Of a DNA stretch of 64,000 nucleotides, positions 8,915-18,414 are shown in pieces. The position numbers and the translations under genes are program-made. How positions within the stretch are numbered: the stretch's first letter is position 1; the number at the start of each line of letters is the position of its first letter. The notes below the pieces were generated by a model. The model did not search any database. It was not told where the DNA came from and was given only the letters and a program-made list of their open reading frames with translations. This DNA comes from Phycisphaerae bacterium (GTDB taxonomy: Bacteria; Planctomycetota; Phycisphaerae; UBA1845; Fen-1342): positions 96,001-160,000 of the forward strand of contig CAXXWX010000003.1 in assembly GCA_963675745.2 (NCBI GenBank), read 5' to 3'.

Positions 8915-9797
8915 CTAACCGGCCCGCAACTGCGCTACCGTCTGCATGAAGCGCTTGACGCGCGCTTCGTCGATCTCGTTCGACCACAGCCCGTCAAACT
9001 TGAAGTAAGAGCCGACGATAAACACGTCTGTGTGGGGCCACAGCAGCGGCAGGTTTTCAGGAGTCAGGCCCGAGCCGATCCAGACGGGGATCTTGACCGC
9101 GCGTTTGACGACGGCGACGGCGTCTGTGTCCACCGGCTGCCCCGTGGCGATACCGGTTACGATGATGCCATCAGCGCCGAAAAACTCGGTGGTTTGGGCG
9201 GCTTCAGCGAGGGAGACATCCGCGGTGAGCGCGTGACTCGAATGCTTTTTCTTCACGTCGGCAATGATCTTGATGTTCTCACCGCCGACCTGCCGGCGGT
9301 AGCGCAACAGTGGCCCGGCCTCGGCCTCTGGCATCAGGCCCTCATCTGCGACGTGGGCGTACGCGAAATTCTCGACGCGGACGAAATCCGCCCCGCAGGC
9401 CAGCGCCGCGGCCAACGCTTCATGATTAGCCGCCGCCAGTATCTGCACACCAAGCGGCAGGTCGGCCTCCCGCTTGACTCCCGCCTGACCGCACAGCCGA
9501 CAGCCGCCATTGATACGGCACGGTGCATGTTCTCGATCTCGGGCCCGACGCGGCCGCGTAGATACGGCACGTCGTGCATGTTGCTGGTCGATCAACAGCG
9601 CATCAAGCCCGGCGGCGACGTACGTCTGTTCATGTGGTTCGTGTCGTGCCTGTCCATCGCGTCCTTGTAGCGCACGCCGAACTGCCTCAACGCTCAACAA
9701 CCTCGTCCATCGGCAGCGCAGCCCGGGGCGTGCCCGGCAGGGCGGGAACGTGGATCATACCGACGATGGTCTTTGAGTTGGTGGACTGGGGAACCAA
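8915..9797 (-). pseudogene. BtpA/SgcQ family TIM-barrel protein, reading frame broken (probable assembly error)
   Basis: IVGMIHVPALPGTP, NMHDVPYL and LGVQIL...ADVKKKHSSH...ADGIIVTG..TG...IGSG..FIVGS lie in three different frames. Garbled short duplications at about 9470-9700. Start position approximate. Confidence 0.8.
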
Positions 9798-9892
9798 CGG
9801 CTGTATCCGAACCCGCTCCGCGTGCCGGGCCCGGTTCAGGCTGGCCCTGGCGGGACAGCAATAACCAGATCCATCAATCTTCACGTTCGCCA

Positions 9893-11353
9893 CTACCACG
9901 TCGTCCCGTCCGCACCGTCCTTTAGCTGCACGCCGAGCGCCGCCAGGCGGTCGCGGATCTGGTCGCCGAGGGCGAAGTTCTTTTGCTGGCGGGCTTCGGC
10001 GCGCAGCTCGACAAGCAGGCCGATGAGGTCGTCCTGCTTCTGCGTGTCGCCGCCGCCCAGGGCCGCCGTCCATTTGAAGCCGAGCGCGTCGCCGGCGAGC
10101 GTACGGAAAAGCTCGTCGGCCGCCAGCAGGTCTTCCCGGCCGACGTCGCCGGCCAACCACGCCGCGGTCTGCTTGGCCAGATCGAACAGCGTCGCTACCG
10201 CCGAGGCCGTGTTGAAATCTTCGTCCATGGCGGCGGTGAAACGCTGTTTGATGTCGTCGAGCGCGGTGCGCACCTGGTCGGAGCGCGGCTTTGACGCCGC
10301 CTTTGTCGCCGCACGCGCCAGCTCGCGCATGGCGTCGCGCAGCTTGTACGAACCGCTCTCGGCGCCACTCAGGCCGGCGTCGGAAAAGTCCAGCGGTTGG
10401 CGGTAGTGGCTGGTCAGCACCAGGTGCCGCACCACCACCGGCTCGTACGTCCGCTCGAGCAGTGGATGCCCATCATGGAAGACCTGCTTGAGCAGGATGG
10501 CGTTGCCGAGGCTCTTGCCCATCTTCTGCCCGTTGACCGTGCACATGTTGTTGTGCAGCCAATAGCGGACAAACTGCTGGCCGGTGATGCTCTCGGCCTG
10601 GGCGATTTCACATTCGTGGTGCGGGAACATGTTCTCGAGTCCGCCGCCGTGAATGTCGAGCTTCTCGCCGATGTACTTCTGGCCCATGACCGAGCACTCT
10701 AGGTGCCAGCCCGGAAACCCATCGCCCCAGGGACTGGGCCAGCGCATGATGTGGCTCTCGTCGGCCCGCTTCCACACCGCGAAGTCGGCGGGGTGGCGCT
10801 TCTCGGGATTCACCGCCACCCGGGCACCGGCCTCCATCTCGTCGACCCGCCGGCCGCTGAGCTTGCCATAGTCCTTGAACGAGGTCACGTCGAAGTAAAT
10901 CGAGCCGTTGGACTCATACGCGTGGCCCTTTTCCAACAGCACGCGGACGGCGTCGATCTGTTCGGGGATGTGTCCGGTGGCGCGCGGCATGATGTCCGGC
11001 CGCGCGACGTTCAACGTGTCCATGTCGTCGAGATAGCTCTTCATGAACGTCTCGACAACCGCCATCGGGTGCAGACCGCGTCGGCGCGCTTCGGCGATGA
11101 TCTTGTCTTCGCCCTCATCGGCGTCATCGGTCAGATGGCCGACATCGGTGATGTTCTGCACATACGTGACGTTGTAGCCGCTGAAACGCAGCCAGCGGAT
11201 GATGGCGTCGAACGAGATGTAGCTCTTGGCGTGGCCGAGATGGCTGTGGCCGTAAACGGTCGGGCCGCAGACATATACGCCCACCGCCGGCGGGTTGATC
11301 GGCTGAAAATCCTCGCGTGACCGCGTGAGGCTGTTGTGTACCTTCAGGCCCAT
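9893..11353 (-). CDS. cysS: Cysteine--tRNA ligase
   Basis: [50 protein letters not shown]. Confidence 0.98.
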   Translation of the reverse strand: MGLKVHNSLTRSREDFQPINPPAVGVYVCGPTVYGHSHLGHAKSYISFDAIIRWLRFSGYNVTYVQNITDVGHLTDDADEGEDKIIAEARRRGLHPMAVVETFMKSYLDDMDTLNVARPDIMPRATGHIPEQIDAVRVLLEKGHAYESNGSIYFDVTSFKDYGKLSGRRVDEMEAGARVAVNPEKRHPADFAVWKRADESHIMRWPSPWGDGFPGWHLECSVMGQKYIGEKLDIHGGGLENMFPHHECEIAQAESITGQQFVRYWLHNNMCTVNGQKMGKSLGNAILLKQVFHDGHPLLERTYEPVVVRHLVLTSHYRQPLDFSDAGLSGAESGSYKLRDAMRELARAATKAASKPRSDQVRTALDDIKQRFTAAMDEDFNTASAVATLFDLAKQTAAWLAGDVGREDLLAADELFRTLAGDALGFKWTAALGGGDTQKQDDLIGLLVELRAEARQQKNFALGDQIRDRLAALGVQLKDGADGTTW

Positions 11354-11415
11354 GGCATTACCCTTCGCTCGTCAGAGATTTACGAGCCGAGATTGTAGCA
11401 TGTGGAGGCAGAAGG

Positions 11416-11496
11416 AGGGATTAAGGGATTGAGGGATTGAGGGGATTGGGAAGCGGGCGTGGCTGGGACTCGCGGCCCCTCAATCCCTTAGTCCCT
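11416..11496. repeat. Octamer (AGGGATTR) tandem repeat with a downstream complementary arm
   Basis: agggatta-agggattg-agggattg-agggg... followed by cccctcaatcccttagtccct. Confidence 0.75.
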
Positions 11497-11501
11497 GCCG
11501 T

Positions 11502-12386
11502 TCACACCTTCCTCTCCAGTTGTTTTCGCGCCGCCTCGACCACGTTTCGCATCAGCATCATAACGGTCAGTGGGCCGACGCCGCCCGGGACCGGCGTGAT
11601 GGCCGACGCCACCTGCGATACGGTTTCGAAATCCACGTCGCCGACCGTGCGCGTCACTTCGTTGCCGTCGTCGGTCTTCTCCGAGATCTTGTTGATCCCG
11701 ACATCAATGACCACCGCACCGGGCTTGACGTGCGTGCAGTTGATAATGTGCGGCTTGCCGGCGGCGACGACCAGCAAATCGGCCTGGCGCGTGTGGGCGA
11801 CCAGGTCGCGCGTGGCGATGTGGCAGGCCGTGACCGTCGCCATCTGCATGCTGAGAAACATGCCGATCGGGCGTCCGACGATGCGGCTCTGGCCTACAAC
11901 AACCGCCTCCGCTCCACGCAGCTCGAGACCGCTCCGGCGGATGAGCTCGATGACCGCCAGGGCCGTACACGGCGCGATGATCGGCTCGCCATAAAACAAC
12001 CAACCGATGTTGGCCGGACTGACACCCTCGACGTCCTTGTAAGGGTCTATGCGATACTGGGCCGTCGCGGCGTCGAGGTGCTCCGGCAGCGGCATGTGCA
12101 GCATAATGCCGGTGGCCAGCGGATCGGCATTCAATTGATCGATCTTCCTGAGCAGCGCATCCTGCGGGGTGTTGGCCGGAAGCCGGACGATGGTGTGCTG
12201 GATGCCGGCTTGCAGCGCCCGGCGGTTCTGCGAGCGCGCGTAGAGCAGCCCCCCGGGGTCGTCCCCGACGAGAATCGAGCACAACCGAATCGGCCCGTAT
12301 CTGGTGGTGTGTGCGGCGACCGCGGCGCTGACCCGATTGCGGATCTCGGCGGCCGCGGCCTTGCCATCAATAATGCTCGCCGGCAT
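11502..12386 (-). CDS. folD: Methylenetetrahydrofolate dehydrogenase (FolD family)
   Basis: IIDGK, DPYKDVEG, PCTA, VVVGQSRIVGRP, ADLLVVAAG, VIDVGIN, VGDVDF, ITPVPGGVGPLT. Confidence 0.95.
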   Translation of the reverse strand: MPASIIDGKAAAAEIRNRVSAAVAAHTTRYGPIRLCSILVGDDPGGLLYARSQNRRALQAGIQHTIVRLPANTPQDALLRKIDQLNADPLATGIMLHMPLPEHLDAATAQYRIDPYKDVEGVSPANIGWLFYGEPIIAPCTALAVIELIRRSGLELRGAEAVVVGQSRIVGRPIGMFLSMQMATVTACHIATRDLVAHTRQADLLVVAAGKPHIINCTHVKPGAVVIDVGINKISEKTDDGNEVTRTVGDVDFETVSQVASAITPVPGGVGPLTVMMLMRNVVEAARKQLERKV

Positions 12387-12594
12387 CGGCTACTCCCGCG
12401 TGGCGGCGCGATGATCTCAGCAGAAGGGGGGGTGGGTCAAGGGGGCGGATTCGAGGGTTTTGCCGGCGCGCGAGCCTGGTCTCGATTACGGCGTGCAGTG
12501 TTGAGCAAGGCTGACGCCGGTATCACCCGCCCATCCTGCTTGTGTGCCCCCGATAATACGCGGCGTTCCCGGCGGACACGCCCCGGCCCGCCGC

Positions 12595-12623
12595 TTGACA
12601 GGCGCGAATCCACACACTACGGT
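12595..12623 (+). promoter_or_regulatory. Putative sigma70 promoter of the rpmF-plsX-fab operon
   Basis: Perfect TTGACA, then 17 bp, then TACGGT, about 100 bp upstream of rpmF. Confidence 0.4.
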
Positions 12624-12720
12624 GATACGATCGCGCAGTCGTCTTTTTGCGCCGTTGAGCGGTGCGGGGAGAGACTGTACGCCAGTGTTATGTGAGTACT
12701 AACCGAGTGGGAGTCCCCAT

Positions 12721-12906
12721 ATGCTTCCTGTTGGCCGAAAAAGTAAACACCGCAAGCGGACCAGGCGGGCGCACGACGCGCTTCGGGCCGCCGCGCTGAC
12801 CGCGTGTCCACAGTGCGGTCACGCGAAGCTGCACCACGCCGCGTGCGGCAATTGCGGCTATGTCAATGCCCACACCGCAGTCAAGGTTGGCGACAAGGAG
12901 TCCTAG
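12721..12906 (+). CDS. rpmF: 50S ribosomal protein L32 (Zn-binding CxxC form)
   Basis: SKHRKRTRRAH...CPQCG...HAACGNCGY, directly upstream of plsX. Confidence 0.92.
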   Translation: MLPVGRKSKHRKRTRRAHDALRAAALTACPQCGHAKLHHAACGNCGYVNAHTAVKVGDKES

Positions 12907-12911
12907 CGGAT

Positions 12912-13922
12912 ATGCGGCTTGCCGTTGACGCGATGGGCGGTGACCTTGGCCCGCAGACCATTCTGCGCGGAGCCAAACTCGGGCTGGAGTTTCTCGCCGA
13001 CGATGACGAGCTGCTCCTGTTTGGCCCCGAAGATCTCCTGGCTGAGCAGTGCCGCGAGCTCGACCTGACCGACGCGCGCGTGTCACACGTGCACTGCTCG
13101 GAAGTGATCGGCATGGATGAGTCGCCGGTCGAGGCCGTGCGACAGAAGCGCGACTCCACCATTACGCGCATGGTCAGTGCGGCGGGTAAGGGCGAGATCG
13201 ACGCGGTCATCTCGGCCGGCAACACGGGAGCTCTGGCGGCCGGGTGCCAATTCCGTATCAAGACCATCGAGGGTGTTTCACGGCCCGGCATTGGCGTGGT
13301 GATCCCGACTTTTCACGGCCCGGTATTCCTGTGCGATGCCGGGGCCAACGTCGCCCCCAAGTCACGCCATCTTTATGAGTACGCGAAAATGGGGGTCTGT
13401 TACTCGCGCGTGGTGCTCGGCAACGCCCAACCGCGCGTCGGGCTGGTCTCGATCGGCGAAGAAGCCAGCAAGGGTAACACGCTTGTCCGTGAGGCCCGCG
13501 CCCTGATCGAGGCTGACTCGACGCTGGAGTTCATCGGTAATGTCGAAGGCCGCGATATATTCACCGGCGTTGGTGACGTATTCATCTGCGACGGGTTCGT
13601 CGGCAATGTGATCCTGAAGCTGACCGAGGGGCTGGCGGAGGGTATTTTCAAGACCATTGACCGCGAGATCGCTGAAGAAGCCGAGGATCTTCTCCCCGCC
13701 TTTGAGAAGATCGTCGACCGCATCTGGAAACGGCACGATTTTGCCGAGCACGGCGGCGCGCCGCTACTTGGGGTCAACAGCATCGCAATCATCTGCCACG
13801 GTCGCAGCGACCAGCGGGCCATCGCCAATGCGATTCGCGTTGCGGTCGAGCAGCACCGCGCCCAGCTCAACCAGGTCATCGCCGAGCAGATGCGCACGCA
13901 GAGCTCGGGAGACGCTACATGA
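12912..13922 (+). CDS. plsX: Phosphate acyltransferase PlsX
   Basis: MRLAVDAMGGD, SAGNTGA, DAGAN, IGEEASKGN, FIGNVEGRD, CDGFVGNVILK, GGAPLLGV..ICHGRS. Confidence 0.96.
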   Translation: MRLAVDAMGGDLGPQTILRGAKLGLEFLADDDELLLFGPEDLLAEQCRELDLTDARVSHVHCSEVIGMDESPVEAVRQKRDSTITRMVSAAGKGEIDAVISAGNTGALAAGCQFRIKTIEGVSRPGIGVVIPTFHGPVFLCDAGANVAPKSRHLYEYAKMGVCYSRVVLGNAQPRVGLVSIGEEASKGNTLVREARALIEADSTLEFIGNVEGRDIFTGVGDVFICDGFVGNVILKLTEGLAEGIFKTIDREIAEEAEDLLPAFEKIVDRIWKRHDFAEHGGAPLLGVNSIAIICHGRSDQRAIANAIRVAVEQHRAQLNQVIAEQMRTQSSGDAT

Positions 13923-14911
13923 AGCTGGCGTGGCCTGTGGAGATCGCCGGTATCGGCGCATGTGTTCCCGATCGCATCCTCACCAATGACGACTTGGCGC
14001 AACGTCTCGACACCTCAGACGAGTGGATTCGCCAGCGCACCGGCATTCGTGAGCGGCGCATTGCCAGCCCGGGTGAGACGACCCTGACCTTTGCGACCGG
14101 TGCCGCGCGCGCGGCTCTCGATGATGCCGGACTCACGCCGACCGATATCGACCTGATAATCGTGGCCACGATCACGCCCGAGCATCCGTTGCCGGCGACA
14201 GCCTGCGAACTTCAGGCCGCCCTGGGTTGTCGCCATGTACCGGCCTTTGACATGCTGGCGGCTTGTTCCGGCTTCGTCTGGGCTTTCAGTGCGGCGGCCC
14301 AGCACGTTCAGACCGGAATGGCCACCAACGTGCTCGTGGTTGGGTCCGAACTGCTGACCGCGATTGCCGATCCGGAAGACCGCGCAACCTGCGTGCTATT
14401 TGGCGATGGTGCCGGCGCGGCGATAGTCCGTGCGGCCACCGACCCCCAGCGTGAGATTCTGGCAGCGCGCAGCGGAGCTGATGGCCAGCGCGGCATGACG
14501 ATATGCATCCCGGCGGGAGGGGCCGCCGAGCCGGCCAGCCAAAAGACAATCAACGAGCGGATGCATTACATGAGGATGGCCGGCCGCGAAGTCTACAAGT
14601 TCGCGGTCACCACCATGCACAGCATCATGGTGGACACCGCCGCCGACGCCGGCGTGTCTCTCGACGACGTGGCGCTCATCATCCCTCACCAGTCAAACCT
14701 GCGGATCATTGAATCGGCCTGCGCGCGGGCCGGCGTGCCGCTCGATAGAGTCCTGATCAACATCGACCGCTACGGCAACACGTCCGCCGCTTCCGTGCCC
14801 CTCGCGCTGCACGAAGCGTGGACCACCGGGCGCATCAAGCGCGGTGATCTTGTGATGATGGTCGCATTTGGTGCGGGACTGACCTGGGGATCAGTGTTGC
14901 TGAGGATCTAA
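13919..14911 (+). CDS. fabH: Beta-ketoacyl-ACP synthase III
   Basis: DTSDEWIRQRTGI.ERR, AACSGF, LFGDGAGA, PHQSN, YGNTSAAS, FGAGLTWG. Confidence 0.96.
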   Translation: MKLAWPVEIAGIGACVPDRILTNDDLAQRLDTSDEWIRQRTGIRERRIASPGETTLTFATGAARAALDDAGLTPTDIDLIIVATITPEHPLPATACELQAALGCRHVPAFDMLAACSGFVWAFSAAAQHVQTGMATNVLVVGSELLTAIADPEDRATCVLFGDGAGAAIVRAATDPQREILAARSGADGQRGMTICIPAGGAAEPASQKTINERMHYMRMAGREVYKFAVTTMHSIMVDTAADAGVSLDDVALIIPHQSNLRIIESACARAGVPLDRVLINIDRYGNTSAASVPLALHEAWTTGRIKRGDLVMMVAFGAGLTWGSVLLRI

Positions 14912-14912
14912 C

Positions 14913-15845
14913 GTGCCGAACTACGCCGCGGTTTTCCCCGGGCAGGGGGCCCAACTTGTCGGAATGGGTCAGGACGTCGCACAGGCGCATGCCGCCGCCG
15001 CCGAGACCTTCGAGCAAGCCGACCAAATACTCGGTTTCGCGCTCTCCGACCTGTGCTTTAACGGCCCGGCCGAGCGCTTGAATGCCACCGATATCCAACA
15101 GCCGGCGATTTTCACGACCAGCGTCGCGATTTTCCGCGCCGCAATCGCAGATGGCGTCGTCGCCGAGGATGACTTCGGTGCGATGGGGGGGTTGAGCCTG
15201 GGCGAATACACCGCGCTGCACCTGGCCGGCGCGCTGTCCTTCGACGACGCCCTGCGCCTGGTGCAGCGGCGCGGACAGCTCATGCAGGAGGGATCCGAGA
15301 GCAGCGCCGGCGGAATGGTCTCCGTCATGGGGCTCGACGAGGACCAGGCGATCGAGCTTTGCCGCGCGGTCGCTGAGCATGGCGTCGTCGGGCCGGCCAA
15401 CTTCAACTGCCCCGGACAGATTGTGATCTCGGGAGATCAGGCGGCGTGCGAGGCGGCTTATGCTCGGGCCGAGCAGTTCGGCGCCAAGGCGATCCCACTG
15501 AAAGTGGCCGGCGCTTTTCACAGCGCCCTCATGAAGCCAGCCGCCGATGCGTTGCGCGCGGCCCTCGCCGAAGCTGACTTCCGGGAGCCGAGTTGCCGCG
15601 TGATTGCGAACGTCAACGCGGAATACCACACGGACGCCGATTCCATGCGCGAAGCGCTCTACCGGCAGGTGTTCAATCCGGTGCGCTGGCAGGGCTGCGT
15701 TGAACGCCTCATTGCTGATGGATGCACCGAGTTCTGGGAGTTCGGGCCCAATCGCGTGTTGACCGGCCTGATGCGCAAGATCAATCGCGAAGCCAAGGCG
15801 ATCAACATCTCGACTGCGGATCGTTTGACGGCAGCAAAGGAGTAG
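14913..15845 (+). CDS. fabD: Malonyl-CoA:ACP transacylase
   Basis: FPGQGAQ, QPAI, GLSLGEY, ANFNCPGQIVISG, VAGAFHS, PVRW. Confidence 0.96.
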   Translation: MPNYAAVFPGQGAQLVGMGQDVAQAHAAAAETFEQADQILGFALSDLCFNGPAERLNATDIQQPAIFTTSVAIFRAAIADGVVAEDDFGAMGGLSLGEYTALHLAGALSFDDALRLVQRRGQLMQEGSESSAGGMVSVMGLDEDQAIELCRAVAEHGVVGPANFNCPGQIVISGDQAACEAAYARAEQFGAKAIPLKVAGAFHSALMKPAADALRAALAEADFREPSCRVIANVNAEYHTDADSMREALYRQVFNPVRWQGCVERLIADGCTEFWEFGPNRVLTGLMRKINREAKAINISTADRLTAAKE

Positions 15846-15850
15846 CGGCT

Positions 15851-16594
15851 ATGAAAACGCTGGAGAAGCGGTGTGCCATTGTCACCGGAGCGGCGCGCGG
15901 CATAGGCCGGGCCATCTGTCTGGAGCTTGCCGACCGCGGTGCCAACATCATCGCCACCGATGTTCTGGCTGATGACCTTAATGAGACCGCCGCCCTGGTG
16001 GAAGCCAAGGGCGTCGGTGTGCATTCCGAGGTGGCGGATGTCACCAAGCCCGAAGCGGTCGAGCGGCTGGTGGAGATGGCCGCCGAGAAGTTTGGTCAGC
16101 TTGACATCATGGTCAACAATGCGGGCATCACGCGCGACACGCTGATCCTGTCAATGACCGATGACCAGTGGGACGCGGTCCTGAACGTGAACCTGCGCGC
16201 GGTCTTCCTGGGTACGCGGGCGGCGGCCAAGGTCATGCTGCGGCTGCGCGCCGGACGGATCATAAACATGGCGAGTTTCTCCGGGCTCTCCGGAAACGCC
16301 GGCCAGGCCAACTATGCCGCCAGCAAGGCCGGCGTGATCGGGCTCACCAAGTCAGTCGCCAAGGAACTTGCCAAGCGCGGCGTGACCTGCAACGCCGTCG
16401 CGCCGGGATTCATCAAGACCGACATGACCGACGCCTTGCCCCAGAAGGTCAAGGACCAGGTCAAGCTGATCGTGCCGATGCAGCGCTTTGGCTTGCCGGA
16501 AGACGTGGCCCGGGTTGTGGCGTTTCTCGCCGGCCCGGACGCGGCCTACGTGACCGGACAGGTATTGTCGGTTGACGGCGGCCTGCACTGCTGA
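15851..16594 (+). CDS. fabG: 3-oxoacyl-ACP reductase
   Basis: TGAARGIG, NNAGITRD, GQANYAASKAG, VAPGFI.TDMT. Start at ATG15851. Confidence 0.95.
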   Translation: MKTLEKRCAIVTGAARGIGRAICLELADRGANIIATDVLADDLNETAALVEAKGVGVHSEVADVTKPEAVERLVEMAAEKFGQLDIMVNNAGITRDTLILSMTDDQWDAVLNVNLRAVFLGTRAAAKVMLRLRAGRIINMASFSGLSGNAGQANYAASKAGVIGLTKSVAKELAKRGVTCNAVAPGFIKTDMTDALPQKVKDQVKLIVPMQRFGLPEDVARVVAFLAGPDAAYVTGQVLSVDGGLHC

Positions 16595-16691
16595 GTAGCG
16601 CCCGTCGCATTGGGCGAGTCACGCGCGAGCAGCCGCGCGCTCGCCTACGCGGACTGACCCACACAGCGACATACCTTGAGCGAGGTTCCCC

Positions 16692-17803
16692 ATGCCGACC
16701 GAAAAGCAACGAATCTCTCGCATCGGCATTCTGACCGGCGGCGGAGACTGCCCCGGGCTGAACGCCGTAATACGCGTGGTCACCAAGGCCGCCATCACGC
16801 GTTTCGGCATGGAGGTCTACGGCATAGAGGATGGATTCCTCGGCCTGATCCGAAACCGCATGCGCCAGTTGACGTTCAACGATGTATCCAACATCCTCAC
16901 GGTGGGGGGCACCATCCTCGGGACAAGCAACAAGGCCAACCCGATTAACTTCGCCGTCGGCACGGACGCCGAGGGCAAACCGATCTTCGAAGACGTGACC
17001 AATCGCGTTATCGAACACATTTCCGAACGTCAGCTCGATGCGATCGTCTGCATTGGCGGCGATGGCACAATGAGCGGTGCGGCGGACCTGGTCAAACACG
17101 GCATCCGCTGTGTGGGAGTGCCCAAGACCATCGATAACGACCTGATGCACACCGATCTGACGTTCGGGTTCAGCACAGCCGTAGAGATTGCCACCGAGTG
17201 CCTCGATCGCATCCACTCGACGGCCTCAAGCCATCACCGGGTAATGGTCGTCGAGTTGATGGGGCGCAACGCGGGCTGGTTGACGTTGCACGCGGGGCTC
17301 GCTTCCGGTGCCGATATCATCCTGATTCCGGAAATCCCCTACGATCTGGACATCGTCGCCGATCATTGCGTCGCGCGCTCAAAACGCGGCAAGCGGTTCA
17401 CGATCATTGCCGTGGCGGAAGGGGCCATGCCCAAGGGTGGCCAGCAGGTGGTTGACAAGATCGTCTGCGACAGCCCCGATCCGATCAGGCTGGGTGGCAT
17501 CGGCACCGTGCTGGCCGAGCAGATCACCGCCCAGACCGGCCTGGAGACGCGCGCGACGATCCTGGGACACATTCAGCGCGGCGGTACACGCCGGTCGCTT
17601 TCGACCGCGTGCTGGCGATGCGGTTTGGTCACAAGGCGATCGAGCTTGTAGCGCACGAGCAGTTTGATCAACTGGTGGTGCTGCAAAAGGACGAGATCAC
17701 GTCGGTTCCGATTGAGGCGGTTGCCAACCAACAGCGAACGATTCCGCCGGAGGATTCGTTGCTGGCCGTCGCGCGATCGGTCGAAACCTGCCTGGGCGAT
17801 TGA
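16692..17803 (+). CDS. pfkA: 6-phosphofructokinase (group III type) with a 2-bp frameshift near 17586
   Basis: TGGGDCPGLNA, GGTILG, IGGDGT, PKTIDND, ELMGRNAGW, LGHIQRGG. The C-terminus (PVAFDRVLAMRFG...) continues in another frame to TGA17803. Confidence 0.92.
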
Positions 17804-17861
17804 ATGAAACGCGGTTCCATTATGTGCGGCCCGTCGCCGCGCGGGCAAGAAGGGCCGGGCC

Positions 17862-18414
17862 ATGCCAGGAAACCTCTGTGAGCATTGTGTTGGTTACTGC
17901 TGCCGGCACATCGCACTGCCAATAGAGACCCCCGACGATCGGGAAGACTTCGACGACATCCGCTGGTACCTGTTGCACGAGGGCGTGACGGTGTTTGTCG
18001 AGGACGAGGAGTGGTTTATCCACATCGAGGCCCGCTGCCGTCACTTGCAGCCGGACTTTCGTTGCGGGGTATATCACACGCGGCCGCGGATCTGCCGCGA
18101 ATACTCGACCGAGAATTGCGATTACCACTCCGGCGACTACGGCTGGGAGCTGCACTTCACCTGCGCCGAGCACCTCGACGCCTATGTCGAGAAAACCCTT
18201 GACTTCCAAGAAAAAACGGGTTACCAGTAAAGGAAAGAAATCATCCACAAAAACAAAAGCCGGCCGTAGCACAGAAACCAAGAAATCAAAGAAAATCAAG
18301 ACACGCCTGAAAATCAAGCTTGGGCGGCGCCCGCCGAATCCCGATCAGCGCTATAACCGGGCCGCGCTCGACATTCACGGCGTCGCCTTGCCCGTGCTGG
18401 GAGATCAACGGTGA
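17862..18414 (+). CDS. YkgJ-family (CxxCxxCC) cysteine-cluster protein; Lys-rich tail probably joined across a 1-bp indel
   Basis: LCEHCVGYCCRH, CRHL...CGVY.TRP.ICREY. Frame 1 stops at 18230. Removing one base of AAAACCC (about 18192-18198) extends the ORF to TGA18414, which overlaps the hisS GTG. Confidence 0.75.

Noticed and set aside
18209..18218. Programmed -1 frameshift at GAAAAAAC
   Set aside because: Reaching the Lys-rich tail needs a +1 shift, not -1. A homopolymer error is simpler.
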